A program made the position numbers and the translations under genes. From positions 75,576 to 139,575 of the forward strand of contig DAOUHZ010000147.1 in assembly GCA_034428455.1 (NCBI GenBank): a DNA stretch of 64,000 bases, in the 5' to 3' direction. Of this stretch, positions 8,063 to 17,040 are shown piece by piece (position 1 is the first letter of the stretch; every line of letters begins with the position of its first letter). Below the pieces are notes generated by a model. That model was not told the origin of the DNA and did no database searches. It was given only the letters and a program-made list of their open reading frames with translations. Origin of the DNA: Dehalococcoidia bacterium. GTDB lineage: Bacteria; Chloroflexota; Dehalococcoidia; Lucifugimonadales; UBA3495.

Positions 8063-9403
8063 ATGGCTGAAACCATCCAGGAACAGTACATCCGCATGAA
8101 CCCCCGTTCGCGGGAACTCCAGCCGAGTTATCAGGCCCGGTTCCCCTCCGGCAGCCCGGGTCACGACGGCTACACCTCCGACCCGTTCCCCGTGGTCATC
8201 GCCCGCGGCAGCGGCCCGCGCAAGTGGGACATCGACGGCAACGAGTACGTCGACTATGGGATGGGGTCCGCGTCGCTGCTGCTGGGCCACGCGCACCCCG
8301 AGGTGGTCGCCGCGCTGTCCGGTGTCCTGGCTGACGGGTCACACTACGGCGCACCCACGGAATCGATGCTGGAATGGGGCGAGCGGGTCTGCACCCTCAT
8401 GCCCTGCGTCGACAAGGTGCGCTTCGTCGGGTCGGGCGCCGAGGCAACCATGCTGGCAATGCGAGTCGCCCGCGCCTACACCGGCAAGGAGAAGATCATC
8501 CGCTGGGAGTCCCACTACCACGGCTGGCACGATTATGTAATGCCCGGCAACCTGCCTCCATTCGACGTGCCGGCGTCCATCGGCATTCCCCAGGGCACCA
8601 TCGACTCCATCGTTGTGCTCCCCACCGACCTCACCGCGCTGGAGAACGCGCTGAACAGCGACGACAACATCGCCGGCGTCATTACCGAGGCATCCGGCGC
8701 GTCCTACGGGACGGTGCCCCTGCCCGACGGTTTCCTGGACGGCGTCCGTCGACTGACCCGTGAACACGGCGTCGTCATGATCCTGGATGAAGTCATCACC
8801 GGCTTCCGCTGGGCGCCCGGCGGCGCGCAGGAGAGGCTCGGCGTAGACACCGACCTGTGCACCATGGCCAAGATCATCACCGGCGGCCTGCCCGGCGGCG
8901 CAGTCGGTGGGCGCGACGAGATCATGGCCGTAATGCACCAGACTGGCGACAGCCACCACGACCGCTACGAGCGCGTCCTCCACGGCGGTACATTCAACGC
9001 CAACCCTTACGCCGCTGCCTCGGGCAACGCCGCATTGCGACTGGTCGCCACCGGCGACTACAACGCCCAGGCCGACCTCATGGCCGAACGCCTCCGCGTC
9101 GGACTGCGTGAAGTCGTAGACCGGCGCGAGGTCAACGCCACCGTATACGGCGAGGCGTCCACATTCCACCTGTTCTTCGGCGAGCGCAGCATCGATGGGC
9201 TGGACGCGTCAAGGTTGAAGAATCAACCCGCCGACATTCAGCGCACGCTGCGCCAGGCGTTGCAGGTGCGCGGAGTGGACCTGATGTCTCGCACCAGCGG
9301 CGTCCTCTCCGGCACGCACACCGAGGCCGACATCGACTTCACCATCGAGGCGTTCGACGGAGCCATCGCCGCCATGATGGAAGAAGGGCTGGTGCAGCAC
9401 TGA
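8063..9403 (+). CDS. class III PLP-dependent aminotransferase (glutamate-1-semialdehyde aminomutase-like)
   Basis: 446 aa with ..DIDGNEYVDYGMG.., GSGAEATMLAMRVARAYTG, MILDEVITGFR and the Lys-containing CTMAKIITGGLP motif of the GSA-AT/class III family. Confidence 0.8.
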   Translation: MAETIQEQYIRMNPRSRELQPSYQARFPSGSPGHDGYTSDPFPVVIARGSGPRKWDIDGNEYVDYGMGSASLLLGHAHPEVVAALSGVLADGSHYGAPTESMLEWGERVCTLMPCVDKVRFVGSGAEATMLAMRVARAYTGKEKIIRWESHYHGWHDYVMPGNLPPFDVPASIGIPQGTIDSIVVLPTDLTALENALNSDDNIAGVITEASGASYGTVPLPDGFLDGVRRLTREHGVVMILDEVITGFRWAPGGAQERLGVDTDLCTMAKIITGGLPGGAVGGRDEIMAVMHQTGDSHHDRYERVLHGGTFNANPYAAASGNAALRLVATGDYNAQADLMAERLRVGLREVVDRREVNATVYGEASTFHLFFGERSIDGLDASRLKNQPADIQRTLRQALQVRGVDLMSRTSGVLSGTHTEADIDFTIEAFDGAIAAMMEEGLVQH

Positions 9404-9439
9404 TCCGTTGCATTGCGCCCGTAACTTCCCGTTATCAAA

Positions 9440-9469
9440 GAAGGGCGCCGCTCAATGGCGGTGCCCTTC
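9440..9469. terminator. GC-rich hairpin between convergent genes (aminotransferase and hicA)
   Basis: GAAGGGCGCCGC (9440-9451) pairs with GCGGTGCCCTTC (9458-9469) with one G-U position and a 6-nt loop. The minus-strand side is followed by CUUUGAUAA. The U-tract is weak. Confidence 0.35.
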
Positions 9470-9490
9470 TCCGTCGGCATGGTTGGCCCT

Positions 9491-9706
9491 TTACTCGGCA
9501 TCAATCAATCCTTTCAAAGCCACGCGACCGATGCCGGTTTGCTTCACGCTGAGGATGGCTTCCAGCGTGGTATCTGGTAAAGGAGTTGATTTGTCCGGAA
9601 TGACGGTAGAACGCCTGAGGTTCTCCCCCGGGAATCTCTTGTAGTAAAGGATCCCATGAGTGCGCCGACCGCCGCTTGTCCAACCGTCGCGCTCAAGCAG
9701 GCGCAT
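9491..9706 (-). CDS. hicA: HicA-family mRNA interferase toxin
   Basis: MRLLERDGW..RRTHGILYYKR..TVIPDKSTPLPDTTLEAIL matches the HicA/YcfA pattern (LEKxGW..GSH...P.H..K.L..GTL..IL). Its ATG shares one nucleotide with the hicB stop (TGATG). Confidence 0.65.
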   Translation of the reverse strand: MRLLERDGWTSGGRRTHGILYYKRFPGENLRRSTVIPDKSTPLPDTTLEAILSVKQTGIGRVALKGLIDAE

Positions 9707-10041
9707 CAGTTCGCGCCCTGAAATGTTCCTACGACGGCAAACCCAGACTGCCGGGGCAAAACGACCGGGGTTATCGTCACATGATATAGCGCCAGGTATT
9801 CGCGGATGTCCGAGAGCCGTTCCATCCCGTTCAGCTGCAACTCTACCGCTTCCCGCAACTCGATTTTCATCTGACCAAAAGTGTCAGCGTAAGCAGATGT
9901 TCCCAACTCTTCGCAGACGCCGACCCACTGCCCGGATTCCTGGCAATAGTACAAAGTCAGGTTGATGGTGTAATCGGGCGCGCCCGACTCATCCCGGTGA
10001 ATGACTTGACCTGTTTCCGTCGTCGATATCGTGTCAGACAT
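9706..10041 (-). CDS. hicB: HicB-like antitoxin
   Basis: ATG 10041 lies 7 nt after GGAGG. YTINLTLYYCQESGQWVGVCEELGTSAYADTFGQMKIELREAVELQL fits the HicB/UPF0150 N-terminal fold pattern. The gene is directly coupled to hicA. Confidence 0.55.
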   Translation of the reverse strand: MSDTISTTETGQVIHRDESGAPDYTINLTLYYCQESGQWVGVCEELGTSAYADTFGQMKIELREAVELQLNGMERLSDIREYLALYHVTITPVVLPRQSGFAVVGTFQGAN

Positions 10042-10083
10042 TGCACTGCCTCCAATCTGTGGCGCGGCTATACTCCAACGCAA

Positions 10084-10857
10084 TCAGGTCACTTTTACTA
10101 TATCTCCAACTCGAACCACGCCGGGCTTCTCCACGATGCCGTAGACACCAAAGTACGCTGCCAGCGCGTTTGGCCGGTAGCTGAGGATCGATCGCACCGC
10201 CTCGGCATCGGTTTCGCCGGTGACTGGGTCCTGGTCAACGATGGCGCAGCGCGGGTCCGGCGCCAGTATGCGCACCACGGCGTCGCCGATTGAGATGGTG
10301 CGATTCATCCAGCCGTCTTCCTCGTGCGCTTCGCATCCGTCCAGCAGCAACGTTGGACGGAACCGGTCGGTGGCAAGGCATTCGTCATCCGTGAGTCCCA
10401 TCCGGCCCGAAAGGTGTTCGACCGACGCTCGGGAAAGAACCGAGACCGGAAACTCGTCGAAAACCTGGCACGGGAGATCGGACATCATCAGCAGGGCCGG
10501 CTGGCCGCAGAACTCGCTGATGGCCGGCATCCAGCCGCCCTTCAACGGATGTGCTCTAACCCGCCGGCCCCAGATGATCGTCCATACCGGATTGTCCAGC
10601 TGAGGCTGGCCTTCCAGGGTTCGTCCGTCGGGAAAGGTGATCCTCAATTGCCCGGTGTCACCGTCCCACGACGTGACCAGTTGCGCCAGCCTTCCCACCT
10701 GGCGACGGCTCAGTAGCCTCCCTTGGCTGTTGACCAGGTAGAACCGACGGTCGTCGACGATGCCGCCCAGATCCAATCTGGCCTCGGTCAACGGCACCAG
10801 GGCCATGGACTTGACCGGCGCGATATTGATTTCAGCAACGGTAATCACGGCCCTCAC
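10084..10857 (-). CDS. MOSC domain-containing protein (YcbX-like, with N-terminal beta-barrel)
   Basis: INIAPVKSMALVPL..DDRRFYLV matches the MOSC_N pattern, and the C-terminal ..RCAIVDQDPVTGE.. carries the conserved MOSC cysteine. Its GTG start overlaps the upstream gene's stop (GTGA). Confidence 0.8.
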   Translation of the reverse strand: MRAVITVAEINIAPVKSMALVPLTEARLDLGGIVDDRRFYLVNSQGRLLSRRQVGRLAQLVTSWDGDTGQLRITFPDGRTLEGQPQLDNPVWTIIWGRRVRAHPLKGGWMPAISEFCGQPALLMMSDLPCQVFDEFPVSVLSRASVEHLSGRMGLTDDECLATDRFRPTLLLDGCEAHEEDGWMNRTISIGDAVVRILAPDPRCAIVDQDPVTGETDAEAVRSILSYRPNALAAYFGVYGIVEKPGVVRVGDIVKVT

Positions 10858-12311
10858 TCCAAAGATAGAAACTCGTCGACCATGTTCCGCGCGTCGGTGC
10901 GGTCATAAATCTGGTAGAGCAGCGCGGCGTTGCGGGCCGAATCACCGCCGAAATAACGCTCGTACAGCGTCTGCCGCCCGCCGAAAGCGCTGCACGACAC
11001 GTCCCACGCCAGCCGGAACAGGCGGATGCGCTCCTCGGCGGTGGCCGTATCGGTGTCCAGATAACGGTGGATGTCCTCGGCCAGCGGCCCGTTCAGGTCC
11101 GCCTCGGCGGGCAGGGCCATGAGGCTGCTGGAGCCCAGCAGGTGCAGGATTTCCGCCATGCGAGGATACATGGTAATCATCTGCTTCCGCGCCACCAGCA
11201 GCGGCCGGTAGTCAGGGCAGAATATTCCCCACTCGTCGGTGGATGCCTGGGCTTCGGAGGCCGCCAACAACGCCTTGGTGATCTCCAGGTTCTCGATCAG
11301 CTCGGCAACCAGGTGCTGGGTTTGCGGCAGGTCACCCGACCCCAGCGTTTCCACCATCAGCGACGCCAGCCCCAGCATGAACTCGCACTTGACCACGTTC
11401 TTGGTGACCACCTGGTGCCCGGTATGCGCGTTGCGGTTGGTGCGCTCGCCCCACTGGTTGCAAAGAGCGACGTCGTTGTAAAGGAACACCCGCTCCCAGG
11501 GAACCAGCACGTCATCAAAGAATACGATGGCATCCATCTCCTCGAACCGGCTGCCGGCCGGGTGATCGAAGTGCGACCGGCCCAAGTCCACGGTGTCGCG
11601 GCATTGGAATTTCAGGCCCGGGGTCTCACAGGGGATGGCGAACCCAAAAGCGTACTTCCCCTCTTCGCCCACCGGCACCCGGCGCGTGCGGGCCGGATAC
11701 ACCGCAATCTCGTCCGACAGCGGCCCTAGCGTCGCCAGCACCCTTGCGCCGCGAACGACGATGCCAGCGTCGGTCTCCTTGACCACCGACAGGGCCACCT
11801 CGGTTCGGTCGTCAAATGGTGTCTGCCCCACGGAGCGGCTGCGCTGGAGGTTGACCAGCGTATGGGTCATGACAATATCGTTTTCGCGGATGTACTCGTA
11901 GTAGTCGAGGATGTTCTGCTTGAACTCCGGGCGGTTCTGACCGCAGTAATCGGCCGCGGCCGCCATGGACATCACCGCCACGTTCAGGAAGTCGGGCGTG
12001 CGCCCCATCATCCCGCACGAAGCCAGGGCCCAGTTGGACATCATCTTCCTGCGTTTGGCCAGATCGTCCGCGTTGCGCGGCATGATGAAGGACAGCCCGA
12101 CCGGATCGCCGGTGGAGGGCGATTGGTAAACCATGTCGCCGCGCACGGCCGGATCGTGCTGCATGTCCAGCAGCCCGGCCACGGTGCGCAGTCCGCCGGC
12201 GAAAGCGGGATGGGCCGTCACGTCCTTCACCCGTTGTCCGCCGATATACACCTCCGCGGCGCGTTCACGTATTCCGTCGATGTATTGGGCTCCGGTGCGC
12301 GCCGGCATCAC
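10854..12311 (-). CDS. 4-hydroxyphenylacetate 3-monooxygenase oxygenase-component family protein (HpaB-like)
   Basis: 485 aa. N-terminal ARTGAQYIDGIRE..VYIGGQRVKDVTAHPAF and the overall length match the HpaB / 4-hydroxybutyryl-CoA dehydratase superfamily. Confidence 0.8.
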   Translation of the reverse strand: MMPARTGAQYIDGIRERAAEVYIGGQRVKDVTAHPAFAGGLRTVAGLLDMQHDPAVRGDMVYQSPSTGDPVGLSFIMPRNADDLAKRRKMMSNWALASCGMMGRTPDFLNVAVMSMAAAADYCGQNRPEFKQNILDYYEYIRENDIVMTHTLVNLQRSRSVGQTPFDDRTEVALSVVKETDAGIVVRGARVLATLGPLSDEIAVYPARTRRVPVGEEGKYAFGFAIPCETPGLKFQCRDTVDLGRSHFDHPAGSRFEEMDAIVFFDDVLVPWERVFLYNDVALCNQWGERTNRNAHTGHQVVTKNVVKCEFMLGLASLMVETLGSGDLPQTQHLVAELIENLEITKALLAASEAQASTDEWGIFCPDYRPLLVARKQMITMYPRMAEILHLLGSSSLMALPAEADLNGPLAEDIHRYLDTDTATAEERIRLFRLAWDVSCSAFGGRQTLYERYFGGDSARNAALLYQIYDRTDARNMVDEFLSLE

Positions 12312-12381
12312 CTGCCTCCGTTCCGCCTCTCATGCGCACCCAGTTTCCTCAAACCTGTGATGGCGGGGAGCGAAGCGACGC

Positions 12382-12428
12382 GGCAATCCCGTTGGTGTAG
12401 CGACGATCCTGGCCCCAACGAGATTGCC
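12382..12428. promoter_or_regulatory. 14-nt inverted repeat (candidate operator) in a divergent intergenic region
   Basis: GGCAATCCCGTTGG (12382-12395) and CCAACGAGATTGCC (12415-12428) are reverse complements with one mismatch, separated by 19 nt. They lie between the HpaB-like gene (minus) and the hydrolase gene (plus). Confidence 0.3.
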
Positions 12429-12478
12429 ACGCTACGCTCGCAATGACGAACTGGGTACGCGTGAGCGTTCCGCCTGTG

Positions 12479-12507
12479 TTGCTAGTGCCGCAAGGGTATG
12501 GTATACG
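12479..12507 (+). promoter_or_regulatory. sigma70-type promoter for the alpha/beta hydrolase gene
   Basis: TTGCTA (12479-12484), a 17-nt spacer, then TATACG (12502-12507). RBS GGGAGA and GTG 12536 follow. Confidence 0.4.
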
Positions 12508-12535
12508 AGCGAAAACCGCAATTGGGAGACGCATC

Positions 12536-13351
12536 GTGCCCACTATCCAGCGTGGAGACGCTCGACTGCACTATTATCTGGACGACTTCACCGACCCCTG
12601 GCGGTCGGCTCCCGAAGCTATCGTGCTGCAGCACGGCTTCTCCCGCAGCGGCAAGTTCTGGTACAACTGGCCTCCCCTGCTGAGCCGCGAGTATCGTGTC
12701 ATCCGACCCGACATGCGGGGCATGGGCCAGTCGACCATTGACCCGTCCCGCTACCAGCCCACCCTGGACACCCTCATGGGCGACCTGCTGGCCATCCTCG
12801 ACGACGCCGGCGTGGATCGAGCAGTGTACGTCGGCGAGTCCTTCGGCGGCATAATGGGCATGCAGTTCGCCCACGACTACCCGGACCGCTGCCGCGCGCT
12901 GGTGTTGTGCAACTCACCGTGCCGTCTGACCCGCCGTGAGAACCAGACCCCGGGCGGAAGCTGGCTGGCGACCATGGAGCAGGGTGGCATCGGCGCGTGG
13001 AGCGCAGCAACCATCAACTTCCGTCTGGACATGCGCCATGCTGCGGAGGGCCTCAAGGACTGGTACATCGCCGAGATGGACAAGACGCCGGGGGACATCG
13101 GCCAGGCCCTCCACACCTATCTGGACAGCCTCGACTTCGGGCCGCATCTGAAGGACATCACCGTGCCCACGCTGCTGCTCACCGGCGACGAATCCCTGAC
13201 CACCAGCATGGAGCAGCAGGAATTCATGGCCTCCGAAATCCCCAACAGTCGCCTGGACGTGTGGCCCGGCCTGGGCCACGGCGTCAACGTCATCTATCCC
13301 GAATGGTGCGTGCAGCACGTGCGGAATTTCCTCGGCGAGCGCGGAGCCTGA
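12536..13351 (+). CDS. alpha/beta hydrolase fold protein
   Basis: Nucleophile elbow VGESFGG, with HGF.. upstream and a GLGHGVN His region near the C-terminus. GTG 12536 is chosen because of the upstream promoter and RBS. The track ORF starts at 12443. Confidence 0.8.
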   Translation: MPTIQRGDARLHYYLDDFTDPWRSAPEAIVLQHGFSRSGKFWYNWPPLLSREYRVIRPDMRGMGQSTIDPSRYQPTLDTLMGDLLAILDDAGVDRAVYVGESFGGIMGMQFAHDYPDRCRALVLCNSPCRLTRRENQTPGGSWLATMEQGGIGAWSAATINFRLDMRHAAEGLKDWYIAEMDKTPGDIGQALHTYLDSLDFGPHLKDITVPTLLLTGDESLTTSMEQQEFMASEIPNSRLDVWPGLGHGVNVIYPEWCVQHVRNFLGERGA

Positions 13352-13434
13352 GCACTCTTGCACAACAGTTCACGTGCGGTTACCAATCGCGGGTGATATG
13401 CTGAGCTTATCAGAACTGCGATCAGCACGATGCG

Positions 13435-14055
13435 ATGAATTCCGTCATCAATTCAGACATTACCGCCGTAATCCTTGCCGGTGGGCAGAGCCGTCGGCTG
13501 GGACGCGACAAGGCGGTTGAGCCCTTCGCCGGTGAACCGCTCATCCGCCGCGTAATCCGGCGGGCATCGGAGGCGGTGGACACCCACCACGTCGTAGTGG
13601 TGGTCGCGGATGTGGGACGCGCCGCGGCGCTGCCACTGGACGACCACCACCTCACCGCAATCGACGTGTTTCCCGATTGCGGTTCGCTGGGAGGCATCTA
13701 CACCGGGCTGTACGCCTCATCTACCGAGTGGTCACTGGTGACGGCCTGCGACATGCCCTTTCTGTCGGCAGACCTCCTGGCGCACTTGGCAGGGCTGCGC
13801 GACGGCGCCGACGCGGTGGTGCCGATAGTGGACGGCCGGCCGGAACCCACCCACGCGCTGTACGCTCGGCGATGCCTGCCAGCCATCGAGAAGCGTCTCC
13901 GGGCCGGGCAGCTGAAGATCTCCGGTTTTTTCGACGACGTTTCCGTCCGCTACGTCCCGGAAAGCGACGTCAAGCACTTCGACCCTGACCTGCTCAGCTT
14001 CTTCAACATCAACCGGCCCGAGGACCTGGCGCGGGCGTTGGAATTGGCGCAATGA
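13435..14055 (+). CDS. mobA: molybdenum cofactor guanylyltransferase
   Basis: The N-terminal signature AVILAGGQSRRLGRDKA plus ..ACDMPFL.. are the MobA signatures. Confidence 0.8.
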   Translation: MNSVINSDITAVILAGGQSRRLGRDKAVEPFAGEPLIRRVIRRASEAVDTHHVVVVVADVGRAAALPLDDHHLTAIDVFPDCGSLGGIYTGLYASSTEWSLVTACDMPFLSADLLAHLAGLRDGADAVVPIVDGRPEPTHALYARRCLPAIEKRLRAGQLKISGFFDDVSVRYVPESDVKHFDPDLLSFFNINRPEDLARALELAQ

Positions 14056-14378
14056 ATTCCCCGGCCACAGCCGCAGATTCCGTGGTCGTCACGGTCGAGC
14101 TATTCGGCATGGCGCGCATTAGCGCCGGCGCCAGCAGTATCTCCCTCGTGGTGGGATCTCAGTCTCCCGTGGCCACGCTGCTGGACGATCTCGGGCATGC
14201 GTGCCCAGAGCTGGTGGGCAACGCGTTGTGCGTATCCGATGACGGGACTATAAGCATCGCCGACGGGTATGCGCTGAACCGAAATGGCCTGGTTTTTCTG
14301 CCGCCGGAATTAGACACGCGTTCGGATTGGGTAGCCGGCGACTCACTCCTCCTTTTGTCAAATCAGGCCGGCGGATAA
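14052..14378 (+). CDS. MoaD/ThiS-family small sulfur-carrier-like protein
   Basis: 108 aa ending in Gly-Gly (..LLLLSNQAGG). There is an ATGA overlap with the mobA stop, and the gene lies 4 nt before aor. Confidence 0.65.
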   Translation: MNSPATAADSVVVTVELFGMARISAGASSISLVVGSQSPVATLLDDLGHACPELVGNALCVSDDGTISIADGYALNRNGLVFLPPELDTRSDWVAGDSLLLLSNQAGG

Positions 14379-14382
14379 CGCC

Positions 14383-16305
14383 ATGTCTGCGCTTTATGGC
14401 TACCGTGGATACGCCACGGTGGTTGATCTGACCACCGGGGAATATCGCCGCGACGCAATCCCCCGGTCAGTGCTCCGGTCAACCATCGGAGGCATCGGAT
14501 TGGGCACGTGGCTGCTGCATCGTTATGGCGGGCCCCCGGCAGACCTGGACGGCGAACTGATTTCTCACGCTGAAAGGACGCGATTGCTCGACTCCGCGCT
14601 GGAACCCGACAACCCGCTGATTTTCGTAACCAGTCCCCTGGTCGGCACTCGGCTTACCACCTCCAGCAAGTTTGCCGTTATGACGCGGTCTCCGCTGACC
14701 GGCTTCATCGCCGATGGGCTATCCTCCAGTCACCTGGCCGTTGAACTCAAACGTGCCTGCGGCGACGCGCTGGTGCTCACCGGCAGGTCTGACCGTCCCG
14801 CTTTGCTCCACATCGATACCGACGGTGTTCCCCGCGCCAGACCGGCCGGCCATCTGATGGGCCTTTCCACAATGGACACCGAGTCGGCGGTCAAACGGGA
14901 GTTGGATGACGGCGGCCGTCGCCCCGTGCGCGTGGCCTGCATCGGGCCAGCCGGGGAGAACCTGGTCCGCTTTGCCAGCATCGCCAACGACGGGGGTAGA
15001 CAGGCGGGGCGCTGCGGCCCCGGCGCCGTCATGGGCAGCAAGAACCTCAAGGCAATCGCCCTTCGCGGATATCGCGATGCGGATCCGCCCGTTGCACATC
15101 CCGACGCCTTGCGGGAATACGCCCGAGATCTCAGCCGCCGCAGCCTGGGCGCCGCTACCGCCAAGTACCGCGAGCTCGGAACCATCGCCAACGTGTCCGT
15201 GTTCAACCGACTGGGCACTCTGCCCACGCGCAACTTCCAGCAGTCCACCTTCGAGGATGCGGAATCGGTCAGCGGCGAGGCCCTTCACCAGACCAAATCC
15301 ACCCGTTCCGCCCACTGCGCAAACTGCACCATCGGTTGCGAAAAGATCGTCACGGTGGGCACGAAAGACCAAGGGGCAAAGCGCGCCGGCGAAGTCAGCG
15401 CCCGCCTGGAATACGAAAGCCTCTTCGCCCTGGGTCCGCTGGTAGGGGTCGGCGACCCCGATGCGGTCATCCGAGCGGTGAAGCGGTGCGACGAACTGGG
15501 GCTGGACACCATTTCCGCCGGCGGGGTCATCGCCTGGGCCATGGAAACGGCGGAGCGAGGGCTGTTGCCATCCCTGCACTTTGGCAATTCGAACGGCGTT
15601 TCCGATGCCGCACCGGACTTCGGCGACGGATTCGCCGTAATCGACCTGTTGGATGACATCGGCCATCGCCGCGGGCGTTTGGGCAATCTGCTGGCGGAGG
15701 GCAGCCGGCTTGCAGCCGAGCGGGTGGGCGGTGGATCGGAGGCGTGGGCCATGCAGGTTAAGGGTCTTGAGATGCCCGGTTATGAGCCTCGCAGCCTGAA
15801 AACCCTGGCGCTGGGGCTGGCGACGACCCCGCGCGGAGCCTGCCACAACCGCACCTCCGCCTACGACGCCGACTTCTCGCCTGAGGTGGACCGCCTGACC
15901 GTGGACCATCGGCGTGGTCAAATCGCCGCCGACAGCGAGGATTTTGCGGCCGCGCTGGATTCGCTCATCTGGTGCAAGTTCCTCCGCCGCGCTTTCGACG
16001 ATTTCTGGGAGGAATCGGCTGCGGTGTACCGCATGGTCACCGGTTGGGATGACTTCGACGCCGACGAGTTGCGCCGCGCCGCCGCCCACGTCGCCGACCT
16101 CAAGAAGGCTTACAACCAGCGGTGGGGATGGCGACGATCCGACGACACTCTCCCAGGCCGCACTCTGACAGAACCTCTTCCCGATGGTGCCGCCGCCGGC
16201 GTAGGGCTCACGCAGGACGAGTTGGGCGGGATGATCGCCGACTACTATCGCGCCCGGGGTTGGAGCGAAGACGGCCGCGTCGATCCGGCCGCTATCGAAC
16301 TATAA
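14383..16305 (+). CDS. aor: aldehyde:ferredoxin oxidoreductase family (tungsto/molybdopterin) enzyme
   Basis: 640 aa with the N-terminal GGIGLGTWLL pattern, the 4Fe-4S ligand motif C-x2-C-x3-C (AHCANCTIGCEK) and a later GACHNR cysteine, as in the AOR family. Confidence 0.85.
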   Translation: MSALYGYRGYATVVDLTTGEYRRDAIPRSVLRSTIGGIGLGTWLLHRYGGPPADLDGELISHAERTRLLDSALEPDNPLIFVTSPLVGTRLTTSSKFAVMTRSPLTGFIADGLSSSHLAVELKRACGDALVLTGRSDRPALLHIDTDGVPRARPAGHLMGLSTMDTESAVKRELDDGGRRPVRVACIGPAGENLVRFASIANDGGRQAGRCGPGAVMGSKNLKAIALRGYRDADPPVAHPDALREYARDLSRRSLGAATAKYRELGTIANVSVFNRLGTLPTRNFQQSTFEDAESVSGEALHQTKSTRSAHCANCTIGCEKIVTVGTKDQGAKRAGEVSARLEYESLFALGPLVGVGDPDAVIRAVKRCDELGLDTISAGGVIAWAMETAERGLLPSLHFGNSNGVSDAAPDFGDGFAVIDLLDDIGHRRGRLGNLLAEGSRLAAERVGGGSEAWAMQVKGLEMPGYEPRSLKTLALGLATTPRGACHNRTSAYDADFSPEVDRLTVDHRRGQIAADSEDFAAALDSLIWCKFLRRAFDDFWEESAAVYRMVTGWDDFDADELRRAAAHVADLKKAYNQRWGWRRSDDTLPGRTLTEPLPDGAAAGVGLTQDELGGMIADYYRARGWSEDGRVDPAAIEL

Positions 16306-17040
16306 CGGCTGCTTGGCGGGCACTCCAACCCGGCGCGGATACTTGCCCGGCGTTCGGCGCACCTTCTCCACCGATATGAGCCAACGGTCCGGCGGCAACG
16401 GAGGAGACAGTTCGTTCATGGAAAGCGCACCGACGACTTTCCCACCCAACTCCGACAGCGCATTGTTGGCCGCTTGCGTCTCCAGCGGCCCGTCCTTTCC
16501 CTTCCACGCCACCAGCGTCCCGTGGCCTTTGCATAGGGGCAGCGCGTACTCCACCAGCACCGACATCGGCGCCACTCCGCGAGCCAGCGCCAGGTCGAAC
16601 TGTCCCCGGTAGCCTTCCGTGCGCGCCAATTCCTCGGCCCGCGTAGTAACCACGTCCACATCACCCAGATCCAGACGATCAACGAGCGTATCGAGAAACG
16701 CCGTCTTCTTGGTCACCGATTCCACCAGCGTCAAACGGATGCCGGGAAAGACTATCTTGAGGGGTACACCCGGAAACCCGGCGCCGGATCCAAGGTCTAC
16801 CACCCGCAAGCTATCCCGCCAATCATCGAATGCGAGTACGGCAGTTAAGGAGTCGAAGAAATGCCGCACCTGGATCCCCTCGGGATCGGTGATAGCGGTG
16901 AGGTTTGCCCGCTGGTTCCCGTCAGCCAGCAGCCGTTGGTACGCCGCGAACCGGGCCAACTGCTCGTCCGACAACTCCAGGCCCAGGCGTGATGCGTGCT
17001 CGCTGAGGATCGCCATCCCCAGCCCAGAGGCGGTTGTCAT
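16300..17040 (-). CDS. rsmG: 16S rRNA (guanine527-N7)-methyltransferase
   Basis: RVVDLGSGAGFPGVPLKI SAM motif, length and layout typical of RsmG/GidB. Confidence 0.85.
   Translation of the reverse strand: MTTASGLGMAILSEHASRLGLELSDEQLARFAAYQRLLADGNQRANLTAITDPEGIQVRHFFDSLTAVLAFDDWRDSLRVVDLGSGAGFPGVPLKIVFPGIRLTLVESVTKKTAFLDTLVDRLDLGDVDVVTTRAEELARTEGYRGQFDLALARGVAPMSVLVEYALPLCKGHGTLVAWKGKDGPLETQAANNALSELGGKVVGALSMNELSPPLPPDRWLISVEKVRRTPGKYPRRVGVPAKQPL

Noticed and set aside
9408-9644. 78-aa plus-strand ORF in the aminotransferase/hicA gap
   Set aside because: It overlaps the hicA coding region in antisense and spans the intergenic hairpin. It has no RBS or motif.
10065-10075. GGCTATACTCC, resembling the TATACT -10 elements used elsewhere
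   Set aside because: It is on the plus strand between two minus-strand genes, with no downstream plus-strand gene and no -35. It is probably fortuitous.
14719-16089. 456-aa minus-strand ORF
   Set aside because: It is an antisense shadow of the AOR gene.
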